Source: Octopus bimaculoides (lineage: Eukaryota). Taken from it: a DNA stretch of 64,000 nucleotides. The notes below the pieces were generated by a model. The model ran no database searches and was not told the DNA's origin. It saw only the letters and a list, made by a program, of their open reading frames with translations. Location of the stretch: the NCBI RefSeq assembly GCF_001194135.2, contig NC_068982.1, positions 50,242,893-50,306,892 of the forward strand, written 5' to 3'. Positions 36,960 to 49,157 of this stretch are shown one piece after another. Both the position numbers and the translations under genes were made by a program. Position 1 is the stretch's first letter. Each line of letters begins with the position of its first letter.

Positions 36960-38210
36960 TTTGTTATAGCCCACAAGGGGCGAACATAGAAGGGATAATA
37001 CAAAGACATGCGTGGACACAAAATAATTGAGAAAAAGGAAGCGTATGATAAAACATGAATGACAATGAAAATGAAAAATGACAATAAAGTTACTCGCCCC
37101 ACTCCAAGTAACTTCACTTACTTCCTTCTACTTTGTACACTGTTCCTTTTAAAATGTCTATTTTTCTCCTTTTTGTGTGATCCGCGTATAATATTTCCTC
37201 CGGCAAATTGCTTATATTTATGTTCCCCTTCCACTCCGTGAACCCACCATTATATTTTTCCAGTCTTCCTTTTGCTTTTCTGACATTAACACGCACGAGT
37301 GCCACCCATTAATGTTCACATCTCCTTTAAAAATCAACCAACGCTGAGCCTTCCATACACACTGCTTCTCGTATCAGTTCCTTACTTACACCTTTGATCA
37401 ACATACACGCAACACAACTTTCTTCCTTGTCTGGAGGAAAAGTAGTTTGGGGGTTCCTGTGTGTCAGCGTTTTTCTCTATTGTGTTTGTGTCGTTGGAGA
37501 GTGGTTGGGTCTGGTGTCAGCAGGTGGAAGGGAGGTTGAGAAGATGTGGGTGGGTGGGTATGGGTTTTATCTCTGTTTTCTTCTGTTATTTCTTTACCTC
37601 TTTCTTTTTCTTCAATTCTCTACAATTTTCCATGCTACATCATCTTTCGCCTCCTCTGTTGGCACATCCTTCTCTGCTGTTACTTCCTGTGTTCTTTCTT
37701 GCTTCTTCTCCGTCGGTGAAGGGCAGTCCGCTCTGATGTGGCCCTTTAGGCTACATTCGAAGCATCGAGGGATTCTGCCCTCCACCCTGACTCTCAATAC
37801 CGTATCTCCGATCGTTATCGTCTCCACCATTTTCTCTATGCTCTCTACTGATCCTTGAATAATTAACTCCAGCGTCTACCCCTTCCAATTCACTGCTTCT
37901 GTTTTAGTGGCCTGGAGGACTGCTATTTCCTTCTCATTGCCTAGGAGAACAGCACCCGCTACTCAGGCCACGTCAATTTCCGGCGGAATTCCTTCTACCC
38001 TCACCCTGAAAGCTCTCCTTCTAAGGAACGTGGGTAGAAGTACCACACTTTCTGTTTTCAACGGGGTCACCGAAATTTGCTTTGTCTTGGTTGCCTCTCT
38101 GAAGCGAACATCCACCGTGCCATATCTGTTTCCTCTCTTGCCAGACAGGTCTTAGTGCCTTTTCTATCTTTTCAATTGCCATTACTTCTATTGTCTTTTC
38201 CTCTATGGAA
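36960..38210 (-). mobile_element. LINE ORF1-encoding element with CCHC zinc knuckle, apparently lacking ORF2 (HAL1-like)
   Basis: YGTVDVRF..RVRVEGIPPE (RRM-like), CFECSLKGHIRADC knuckle, then a short UTR ending CCCCTTGTGGGCTATAA; stops and frameshifts present. Confidence 0.65.
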
Positions 38211-38211
38211 G

Positions 38212-38367
38212 CTAAAGATCAGCGAAAAAGAAACTACCTACGCTAAACTATTGAGAAATTTGCAGTTACTCTGTCCAGATTACAAATTCAGGTTTATACC
38301 TGCAACTATTGGGGCACACTGCCTAAATACAGATCTTGAGAAATTAGGCTCTCAAAACCAGAAAGGA
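38212..38367 (+). mobile_element. REL-type LINE 3-prime fragment (left arm of an inverted pair)
   Basis: KISEKETTYAKLLRNLQLLCPDYKFRFIPATIGA; reverse complement of 39015-39160. Confidence 0.75.
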
Positions 38368-38396
38368 AATTTATGCAGTAGTGATATAACGAAGTA

Positions 38397-38608
38397 GTTG
38401 TACGCTGTCAACTTAATGTGACAGTCCCCTGAAGGGAATAATACTACTGCTGGTTAGACTTGCTGTTGGCATCGCTTCCTGTCGACCTTGACATAAGGAC
38501 GCAGGAAATATGTCAAGGCCGACAGGAAGCGGTGCAGCTTCCTAGGTCTAACCAACAGTAGTATTATTTCCTTCAGGGGACTGTCACATTAAGTTGACAG
38601 CGTACAAC
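38397..38608. mobile_element. Fold-back MITE (~212 bp)
   Basis: ~65-bp near-perfect terminal arms plus 27-bp inner arms; TA at 38395-96 and 38609-10. Confidence 0.85.
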
Positions 38609-38741
38609 TATATTTATATATTTCTAATATATCAATATATGTTTCAGATTGAACAATTCATATTTTATCTTAATTAAACCCGTATATGTATGTGTTAATC
38701 GTAGTCTGCCTGATTTGAACCTTTTCTATTGTATTTATTAT

Positions 38742-38774
<33 letters not shown>

Positions 38775-38859
38775 CATGCGTATGTATGTATGTATGTATG
38801 TATGTATGTATGTATGTATGTATGTATGTATGTATGTGTGTGTATGTATACATATGTGC

Positions 38860-39165
38860 AGATCTGTATGTCTTGTCTTATGCATGTATTCTCATGCATA
38901 TAGTTGCATATCTAGACATGCCCATATATACTTGAATGATAAACTTCTGGAAAGTTTTACAGATTTTTACAGTTCCAGTGATGGTTTGGATCTGTAGTCT
39001 TCGAATCGGCTTTCTCCTTTCTGGTTTTGAGAAGCCTAATTTCCCAAGATCTGTATTTAGGCAGTGTGCCCCAATAATTGCAGGTATAAACCTGAATTTG
39101 TAATGTGGATAGAGTAACTGCAAATTTCTCAATAGTAGTTACTTTTTCGCTGATCTTTAGTTTAT
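38860..39165 (-). mobile_element. REL-type LINE 3-prime end with (TACA)n tail
   Basis: RNLQLLYPHYKFRFIPAIIGAHCLNTDLGKLGFSKPERRKPIRRLQIQTITGTVKICKTFQKFII, short UTR, then a TACA run. Confidence 0.8.
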
Positions 39166-40001
39166 GGCGTGTATGTATGTATGTATGTATGTATGTATGT
39201 ATGTATAAATGTATGTATGTATGTTTGTATATATGAATATACGTATGCATGTATACGTGTATATATGTATGCATGAATGTATGTATATATGTATGTATGA
39301 ATGTGTGTATGCATTATGTATGCCTGTATATATGTACGTATGTATGTATGTATGTATATATGTATGTGTGTATGTATGTATGTATGTAAGGTAGAAGGTA
39401 CGTATATATATATACATACGAGAAATGGTTTAAATGTGCGTTTTTAAGTGCGTGTGCTTGAATGCTGTAACATAACGGTTTATTCTTCCAATGAAGAAGT
39501 GATCTTGGCTAAAATTAGTATTAATAAAATGTTGTTGGTGATATTTTTCCGTCTCAAATTCGCATTAGAACATTAGAATATTAGAATATCAGAGGACATT
39601 AGAAGCAATAAAATCTAATATGGCACTTAATATGATTAATGTGAATGAAACACGGCAAAGAGTAAGTTTTTGGTACAGTATAAATTTCAAAAAAAAAAAA
39701 AGCAAAAAAAAAAACCACAAATACAGTAGAGAACCACAGATTTAACCTTATTATTATTATTATTCTCATCATCATCATCATCATCATAAACATCATTATC
39801 GTCATCATCATCACCATCATCATCATCATTATTGTTATTTTCTTTAAACATCCCGGGGGTGTACAGACGAATTATTCGTTTATTCTGATGAAAACTTGTT
39901 CCTAATTTCACTTCACACACACACACACACACACGCAAATGTATGTATGTATGTATGTATGTATGTATGTATGTATGTATGTATGTATGTATGTATGTAT
40001 G

Positions 40002-40683
40002 GGATCTTTCTGATTTGGCGGGCGCCATTCTTTATTTATGTTTTATTTGGTGTGTTTTCTACCGAAACACTTTAAAACTTCATATACTTGTATATTTTGT
40101 CTTATAGAACAGGGAAAAATTTTTATATTCGAAATTATTTCATGTTAAAAGTTGTCGCATTTCGGTAATTTCAACCAATCACTGAGGTCTATTGAGGTGA
40201 AAACAATCACTGCTGTGGAATGTAAACAATACATTCTAGCGGTGTAATGGGATCTTTTCCCTTGAATAAAATTAGAGTATTTTACTCATAACCCTAACCC
40301 TAACCCTAACTCTAAAACCCGAACCCGAAACCTAAAACCCTAAAGCTAAAACCAGTACAAACGCACGAACGATGTCATAAATAACAGTACCGCCGATAGT
40401 TGTTGTTGACAAACAACGGCACTAATTTTATTCAAGGGAAAAGATCCCCTTACACCGCTAGAATGTGTTGTTTACATTCCACAGCAGTAATTGTTTTCAC
40501 CTCAGCGATTGGTTGAAATTACCGAAATACGACAATTTTAACATGAAATAACTTTAAAAAGATAAAATTTTCTCAATAACACTAAGAGTAAAAGATGTTT
40601 TATATGACACATTCTTCCAGTGTCCCAAGTTTGAAAGTGTTTCGTTAAGAAAACAAGTAGCACCCGGCAAATCAGAAAGATCC
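40002..40683. mobile_element. Second GGATC..GATCC MITE with 8-bp TSD, long subterminal inverted repeats and (CCCTAA)n core
   Basis: TIR GGATCTTTCTGATTTG(G/C)CGGG(C/T)GC; TATGTATG on both flanks; ~40130-40280 inverted at ~40420-40560; subterminal sequence shared with 23156-23721. Confidence 0.88.
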
Positions 40684-40728
40684 TATGTATGTATGTATGT
40701 ATGTATGTATGTATGTATGCATGTATGA

Positions 40729-41110
40729 GTGGAGCCGCAATGGCCCACTTGTTAGGGTAGCGGACACGCGGTCGTAGGATCGTGGTTTCGATCCCCAGAC
40801 CGGGCGTTGTGAGTGTTTATTCAGCGAAAACACCAAAAGCTCCACGAGGCTCCGGCAGGTAGTGGGGGTGTCGGACCCTGCCGTACTCTTTCACCACAAC
40901 TTCTCTCACTCTTTCTTCTGTTTTCTTGTTGTACCTGTATTTCAAAGGGCCAGCCTTGTCACACTGTCACACTGAATCTCCCCGAGAACTACGTTGATGT
41001 TACACGTATCTGTGGAGTGCTCAGTCATTTGCACGTTAATTTCACGACCAGACTGTTCCGTTGATCGGATCAACTGGAACCCTCTCCGTCGGTTACGACG
41101 ACGTGTCACG
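40729..41110 (+). mobile_element. tRNA-derived SINE family C
   Basis: Head with GTTTCGATCCC B box; tail CCCGAGAACTACGTT...GATCAACTGGAACCCTC. Confidence 0.85.
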
Positions 41111-41150
41111 ATGTATGTATGTATGTATGTATGTATGTATGTATGTATGT

Positions 41151-41185
<35 letters not shown>

Positions 41186-41186
41186 C

Positions 41187-41232
<46 letters not shown>

Positions 41233-41280
41233 GTACACACACACATTTGTATAAATGACTTCCCATCTATCAATATTCAT

Positions 41281-41532
41281 ATAGCCACCATCCGTTGTAA
41301 TAGTTCATAATTCACTTAGTATATATATTCACTTAGTCGCCATGATATATCGCTAGCCACTATACATTCTTTATTTTCTCTCCTTGTTTCTTTCTGTGTT
41401 CTTTTCTGTGGAAGAGCGTAGGATCGAAACGTTAAAGACCTTTTCACTTCCCGAGCGTTAAACTAATACACCTGTTTGTTGTCTGCACCACCTGTCTTCG
41501 TCTTTTGTTGTTTTTTTTTTGTGAATTCTCCC
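41281..41532 (+). mobile_element. Penelope-LTR-like short repeat with hammerhead variant (41402-41437)
   Basis: Homologous to 31037-31215; ends at TATATGTG microsatellite. Confidence 0.7.
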
Positions 41533-41571
<39 letters not shown>

Positions 41572-42274
41572 ATGCGCGCGTATTTGTTTGTTGCCCCACT
41601 TTGGCAAGCAGTTCTAGTGTGCTTACGTGCCTGTAACGCACCAGTTCGGCAAAACAGACCGATAGACTAGGTACCAAGCTTCAGAAAAGTAAGAAAAGTC
41701 GATACAGAATGGCTAAAAGTTGTTGAAAGCGGTGCCCTCGGCCGCTATTTTATGAGTGAAACATGTAAAAGATAAAAGATAAAAGGTGACTGAGGAAAGA
41801 AAACTCCGAATGACCCGTCCTTGTTTTCTTTGTATCGTCTGTCTGGATGTTTTGCTGTCTTTTTTAGTATCACCTAACTGTCTGGATGTTTTGCGTTCTT
41901 GTCCCATTTTTGTATTTTATATTTATATGAGTGTGTATGTATGTGAATATGTCATTGAAAGACTCCGACACGGTGCGAAAAAGCGGATTTTTATTTTTCG
42001 AAATCTGCATCCAAACGGTAAGGCATTCGGTTATAGTTAATCAAATAATCTAAATTTTTCTCTAAGATATAATATTTTATATGGAATGCTCACTGTATTT
42101 TAAACATTAATTAACTATATACGTATGAATGTATTTCTGTGTTTTTGTTTCCACCGACTCAATGCTTGTGATATAACTTTTGCCTTGTAAGATAGTAGTT
42201 CAACAAATTGTATCCGATTAAAGAATTACCGAACTGGGGTTGATTTGAAGATGGTGCTCTAGAATGGCCAAAGT

Positions 42275-42480
42275 TCAATGAGTGAAACCACTAAAGAAAT
42301 TAATATAAGTTCGCCATGTCAGATCATTAGAGATTGTGAGGTCTAAACATCTGCAGCGACTTTGGTGATTTTTAGATGCGCATTTCTTAAACGAAAGGGC
42401 ATGTAACCGCATTTGTAAAGTTGCTGTGCACGAATTCTTTGTTATGTGACTATAGTCGCTAGCAAAGAAATACTTACATT
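42275..42480 (-). mobile_element. CR1/L2-like LINE RT fragment, highly decayed
   Basis: LDLTISNDLTWRTYIN resembles the LGVxIxxDLxW motif. Confidence 0.5.
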
Positions 42481-43067
42481 TCACTTGAACGAATTCTGAT
42501 GGCTAATTTAGCAAGTTGATGGCTCTAGAAAGCTGCACATAATACTCAACAGAGAAAGAAGAAACTTAACATATGGAGACTTCAAAATAGCGTTTCATGA
42601 ATTTATTTTTAGAAAAGACAAAAGATGAGGGGAAAAAAAAGAAGAGACGAAATTTGAAGTTAAAGTGCCTTTTCTTTAAATACGGCTACATTTTTTGACA
42701 TTTAAAAAAATTATTTTCTTTTTTTTTTCTTTCATATATTAATAACAGTTAGTATTGAGTAAGGTGGGGTTAAAGTCATGGTAAAATAGTTATAGAATAC
42801 AGTTGGGTGTAGAATTGGGAGTAGAGTTGGTAATATATAATATATTTTGTCTTTGTTCGCTGTCTTTGTAAATGAAATGGTTTGAATGGGTGGTCTTGTG
42901 GCGACAAAAACGGATCTTTAACATCTAAACAAATCTAATCGTTGTGTCTTAGGAGGAAACATTCAAAATATATTGACACAGCAATTATAGTACAAGATTG
43001 TGAAATAAATAATTTATTCAAGAAAGTGCAAGAGGAAAATAATAAATCATCATCATCATCATCATCT

Positions 43068-43108
<41 letters not shown>

Positions 43109-43109
<1 letters not shown>

Positions 43110-43570
43110 CAAAATTCGGTGAAAGGCGGCGAGCTGGCAGAAACGTTAGCACGCCGGGCGAAATGCTTAGCAGTATTTCGTCTGCCGTTACGTTCTGAGT
43201 TCAAATTCCGCCGAGGTCGACTTTGCCTTTCATCCTATCGGGGTCGATAAACTAAGTACCAGTTACGCACTGGGGTCGGTGTAATCGGCTGATCTGCTCC
43301 CAATAAATTTTCTGGTTTCAGGATTAGAGTAGAAAAGAACTATTGCTATTACTAATTATATGAAAGGTGATGAGGTGGCAGAATCGCTAGCACGCCGGGA
43401 AAAATGCTTAGCGACATTACGTCTGCCTTGACATTCTAAGTTCAAATTCCGCCGATGTCGATTTTGACATTTACCCTTTCAGTACTGGGTTCAATGTAAT
43501 CGACTAACCCGACTAAAATTTGAGGCCTTGTGCCTTAATCGACAATCCCCCTCCCTCAAAGTTTTAAGCC
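43109..43570 (+). mobile_element. Two tandem SINE family B copies
   Basis: AAGGCGGCGAGCTGGCAGAAACGTTAGCACGCCGGGCG...GAGTTCAAATTCCGCCGAGGTCGACTTTGCCTTTCATCC, occurring twice. Confidence 0.9.
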
Positions 43571-46074
43571 TTGTGTCTATAGTAGTAAGGATTATTAATT
43601 ATATGAGCTGTGAAACGAAAGGGGGTTCCATTCCGTGGAATATGAAGATAGCAAAACATTATATTCGTACTGACAATGCCAACTTGAGAAATCTGGAAAT
43701 TTTCATGATATATTACGTTTCTCTATAGATCATTCTGCTCTCTTGTTCCGCCGTAACTTTAGAAATGAGAAGTCAACTATTAACCCTGAGTTAGTCACAT
43801 AAGATGTTTTATTACCCACAAAATTTTTTAAGTACTCCTAATTCTTTGTAGGCAACTTGTTTCTTGTGCTCCCTCCCACAATTCTCCTGATTCAGTGAGG
43901 ATGTGTAACAGGCGGCGTAGCTCAATTTTATGGAGAACACTTTGAAGAGGAGAATCTAGATCATCCGCCAGCAAACAAATCTCGGAGCTGTTATTGCAAT
44001 ACTGCTGTGTTGACCTCAGCTGCAACAATCTCTACAACCTCACAGCCAAGCAAAGAGATGTGCATTTTGTGTCAGCTCAAAGGATCGAAAGGTGGAAACA
44101 GTGTGAAGCGCTTGCGGTAAACATGTTTGCAGTAATCATAGTAACATAATTGTGACTTGCATAAATTACAAGAATGTAGTAACCGGTGGCGAATCGGTAA
44201 TGGTTATATAATGAGCTCACATTTTTTTTTTTTTTTTCATTTCAATTCAAAGAAATATATTGTAGCTATTTTTTATGAATAAAACTTTTCTCTATTATTA
44301 TATTGGGGTGTTTCATCTACTTTTTACAAGACAGTTATGCAGCAAATTTATTACAATTTTCCTTTCAATGAATAATTATATCTTCAGTTCAAGTTTTGCT
44401 TTAATGTAAATTGTAACGGAGATTGTCTGTTATGTAATTATTTTCAGCAGTATGACAATATTTTACATAATCGTAAAACTAGAAGCATTTTTGTTTTGGG
44501 CTGTGTAAAAACACCCCAGGGGACTATCCATTTTCAGGAATCCGAGGTGACTAACGCACGGTTAAGTGTTATATATGCATACACAAATTGCGTTCATGTA
44601 TATATAAGTGACTATGTATGAGCAAAAGATACAGAGGGAGATTTTTGTACACTTGGTTATTTTGTGTGTATGTGTGTATATCGGTATGATACTGTATATA
44701 CTATTTGTATATACATGAAGTCCGTGCGTGTATAAATGCATAGATTATATAAAAAATTCTTGAATATTATTTTCATTGTTTGTGAAAACAACTTTTGGTC
44801 ATCGACCAAGTGACTCTTTTTCTGGTGGACTTAGCAACGATTATGTTAAATCAAGTTATGAAACGTTTAATATCTTTACATGGTCTTCTGAAAAATATAA
44901 TTTGAACGAATGGATAAATTTTCTTTCATTTTTGTGAAACGTAACTTTTCCAGAATTGATTTTTCAGATAGTGAGTCGAATACTAACTAGATAATATCAA
45001 CTGTCTTGCCATAGGCTTCTACGTTGAATGCATAGGAATTGAAGATATAAAAATAGTAACCAAATCTCTCTTAGAACGCATCCTACTGTCTTGATACTAG
45101 AAGAATACATTGGATGATGCTGACCGAGTTAGGCGAAACCTGAAAAAGAAAAAAAGTAAAAAGACGGAATGTCCATAGCTGTAACGCCTTTGGTTATAAA
45201 TATTATCGATCAGAAATGCTCTAAAGCCAAACATCAACAACAATTTATAGCTAAAAATATAAACCTGCAAACGATTTAAATTGTTCACATTTGCTGCTAA
45301 AAGGACATTCTTGTACACACCAATTTTTCAGATGAGTCATCGAATAATATCATCAATTTTTGTGTCGTTTTGCTTTTTGGTCTGAAAGTTGTACCTAAAG
45401 GCCCTCCATGAACACTATAGTTTAAGAAGACCAGCGGTGGCCTGTGTTGGCAAGAATCAGTGCAATGCTTTCATTGAAGATGAATTATCCTGATAATAAA
45501 TCACCTATAACTTAGTATGGAGACCTAAAGTCTGGCTGGAATATACAGCAATGTCAATCACAGAGAGCATGTGTTAGCTATAAATGACGCCGTTGCGACC
45601 ACCCAGGTGGCAAGAACACAAATAGTGGGTCAGATAGCGACAGTGGATCAGACGCAAAGTGATACTGGACAATAGGAGACATTAGAGTGAAGAAGAAAGG
45701 AGGAAATAGAGCTAACAGTTTAAATTAAACAGAACGAATATTTCTTCCTAGATTGTAATGAGAGTACTTTTAAAAAATTAAGTTTGAGGTGATATTTGAT
45801 AAAATAACGACTGACACAAGTATAAGAGTAAGTGTAAAAAAAAATATATATTTCTTCAATATCACATATACATACAACACATATACATTACACCCGCACT
45901 CATACGTATACACACATCTACTCAAGACTAAAAACTTACACAGCTTGAAGTCCGATGATCAGATGTATCAATTCGAAGTAATGACGTCTCTATTAACTCA
46001 TAGGTCAGGCAAAAAAGACTACACTTCTTTTATAAGCAAACACCACCTGAAGTGATGAACACTAGATTTCCAGC

Positions 46075-46400
46075 CACCGAATAAGTGAGACTTGCACTGG
46101 TTTATTTCTCTCACATCTGGAATGGTACTGCTGCTACATATACAGACATCAAAGACTACAACCAGTCACCCACAGACATGCTCCAGCCTCTGACTTACAG
46201 TTTTCCCGCCCCCTCTCTCTGCCTTTTCTGAAGCTACTTATAATAATCTTTATACTTCAGAGTCAGTTAGTCTAGTGACTCCTCCACTCAGACCTTCTCG
46301 ACTCATTCGTCTCTCTTCCTCTCATCACCCTTGTTCTATCCACAACACCAGGTCATATACTAACCAATATGCCAAGTACTTCCTCCTTAGAACTTTAGCC
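46075..46400 (+). mobile_element. CR1-like LINE 3-prime ORF2 fragment
   Basis: PPLRPSRLIRLSSSHHPCSIHNTRSYTNQYAKYFLLRT resembles the CR1 ORF2 C-terminus. Confidence 0.55.
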
Positions 46401-46477
46401 TTCATTTGTTCATGTCTTTGTTGCAGATGTCGACACGCAACAGTTTATACGAACAATTCATCGGCTCCTTTTGATGA

Positions 46478-46775
46478 ATTTTGCTTTTTGGACTGTGTTT
46501 TGGTGGCTCGTCTTTGTCCAACCATTGTGCTGACCGTTTACGGTTGTTGTATTGGATCCTTTTCTCATTACATGTTACAATTTGATTAAAAGATGATTCA
46601 TTTTTGTGACGAGAAAGTAGCATAATACAGTCTTCCAAACGTTGCTGCTTCTGATTTTCATTGAGTTCATGTGGAACCCACTTATCCGACTTTTTCACTT
46701 TACCGATTTGAACTAGGTGAGTCAATATTGCTTGTTTGCTAACACCAAACAACAACAGTAATTCACGAGCACTTA
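46478..46775 (-). pseudogene. Mariner transposase internal fragment (second lineage)
   Basis: SARELL..FGVSKQAILTHLVQIGKVKKSDKWVPHELNENQK...QIVTCNEKRIQYNNRKRSAQWLD. Confidence 0.85.
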
Positions 46776-47855
46776 AATAGAAATGTTTTACTCTACGAGT
46801 TTCATGAAGGTGTTGATGCAAGTGCGGCAGTAAGATCTATTCAGAGCACTTATGGGGATGATGTAGTGAATGAAAGAAGTTGCAGCAGGTGGTTTTCCCG
46901 TTTCCTAAGTGATGATTTCACTTTGAAAGAAGAGTGAAAAGAGGGTCGTCCAAAAAAACTTTATTCCGAAATGTTGGAAGCTCTTGTTTCAGAGAACCCT
47001 GCCGTTACCACTAGGGAACTTGCAAAACACTTAAACGTGGCCCATACAACCGTGGTATGCCAGCTAAAACACATTGGAAAGGTTTCAGTGGCTGGAAAAT
47101 GGGTCCCTCACGAGCTGTCTCCAGAAAATCGACAACAGTGTGCTACTTGTCAATCGTTGCTTTCGCGACGCTTTCAAGTAACATTTTTAGACAGGCTTGT
47201 TACAGGTGATGAGAAGTGGATTCTTTACCATAATGTTAAACGCCGTCGTTCTTGGATCAGTCGAGCAGGACGGCCAGTTCAACGACCAAGGGCAGGACTT
47301 CATCCAAAGAAGGTCATGTTGTGTGTATGGTGGAATATTAAAGGAGTTATCCATTATGAACTGTTGAACAACAACCAAACAATTAATGCTAATCTTTACT
47401 GTGAGCAACTTCGTCGTTTGAAAACAATTCTGAGCCAAAAGCGAGCATCCTTGGTTAACAGAAAGGGCGTCATCTTCCATCACGATAATGCTCGTCCTCA
47501 CACAGCTCGACTGACCAAAACCCTCTTGGAAGAACTTGGTTGGGAAATACTGCCTCATCTTCCATATTGTCGTGACCTTGCTCCTTGTGATTACCATTTG
47601 TTCCGAGGACTACAGAACCATTTTGATGGACTTAAGTTAACAACAAGAGAAGAGACTGAAAATGAGTTGGATTCATATTTTGGTTCTAAACCTACAGAAT
47701 TTTACAAGCGAGGCATTTATAAAGCTGTTGAAAGATGGAATGAGGTCACTGAAAGCAATGCAGAGTATGTTAATGAATAAATATTTCCATAGTCATTGGC
47801 TTATTCATTTTTACCTTAGATCTTTAAATCGGACATTACTTTTGCACCAACCTGA
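46775..47855 (+). mobile_element. Mariner DD34D element lacking its left TIR
   Basis: Right TIR TTACTTTTGCACCAACCTGA followed by TA at 47856-57; the left end abuts the opposite-strand mariner fragment. Confidence 0.9.
46791..47780 (+). pseudogene. Mariner transposase, nearly complete, in-frame TGA at 46935
   Basis: LYEF..RWFSRF (HTH), WVPHEL, VTGDEKW, HPKKVMLCVWW, HHDNARPH, DLAPCDYHLF; 34 residues between the second and third D. Confidence 0.93.
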
Positions 47856-47872
47856 TACTTATATATATATGT

Positions 47873-47904
<32 letters not shown>

Positions 47905-48016
47905 NNNNNNNNNNNNNNNNNNNNNNNNNNNNNNNNNNNNNNNNNNNNNNNNNNNNNNNNNNNNNNNNNNNNNNNNNNNNNNNNNNNNNNNNNNNNNNNN
48001 NNNNNNNNNNNNNNNN

Positions 48017-48056
<40 letters not shown>

Positions 48057-48071
48057 GAGAGAGAGTGAGAG

Positions 48072-48260
48072 ATAATTTTTAAAATGGAGAAAAAATGACA
48101 ACAAGAAAAAGACAACAATGCGAGGACGTGGTACATACAAAGTATTAATAAGACGCTCAGAGAAGGAAAGAAACGGTGTTTTACGTTTCGAGCAAAGCTT
48201 TTCTTCAGAAACAGGAGACAGAGGAAAGTCCAAGAGAAAAGGAAGACGGAGGAAAAAAAT
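48072..48260 (-). mobile_element. Penelope-LTR-like short repeat with minimal hammerhead (48177-48213)
   Basis: UGUUU CUGAAGA AAAGC-UUU-GCUC GAAACGU A AAACA; downstream CUGAGCGUCUUAUUAAUAC. Confidence 0.65.
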
Positions 48261-48719
48261 CGCCAACAGTCCACGTATATCTGTCTATCTCTCACACTCT
48301 CTCTCTCATTCAAAATACTATTTCCTTTTTCTCGTCACTCTATTTTCGCAACATTTATGGAATTTCTGCGAATATTGATTGGCCAATAGTGCGGTTTAAA
48401 GAACATGGCAAAATCCACGACTCTTTAACGTGTCCCTGTTCACGTGTTTGAATCCTATCATTTCAATCTAAGATATACCTGTGTGCAAGTGCGCCCGTAT
48501 TTACGTATCTCCGCCAGAGAGAGGGGGGAGAGAAGGGCAGACAGACAGACAAACTGATAGGCATAGAGAGAGAGAGAAGAGAAGAGAGAAATGCAGATGA
48601 AGTAGCGAGGAAGCAATGTGCAAATCGCAACCACTTAAAGAACATGAATATTTGTTAAAGACTTAAAAAGCAATGTAAATGACTAAGCAGGATATTGAGA
48701 GAATAAAAAGCTGAAGACA

Positions 48720-48792
48720 ATGGTAATGATGATGGTAATGCCAGCCACTATGTTAAATACGACGACGACGACGATGACGAAGACAACAACGG

Positions 48793-48824
<32 letters not shown>

Positions 48825-49120
48825 TTGATGTTGACGATGTTGGCAATGATGTGGATGAAAACGATGTTGGTGGCAGTAATGGTGGAGATGGGGGTGTGGT
48901 GGTGGTGGTGGTGGTGGTGAAGATGGCGAGGATGATGATAATGATGATGATGCTGAAGGTAATGGTAATTATGATGAAAACAGTGACGAAAACTCGGCTG
49001 TTGATGACGATGAACATGATGATGATGGTGATGATGATGATGATGATGGTGATGATGGTGATGATGATGACGACGATAAACATAATGATAATGATGATGA
49101 TGATGATGATAACGATGAAC

Positions 49121-49157
<37 letters not shown>

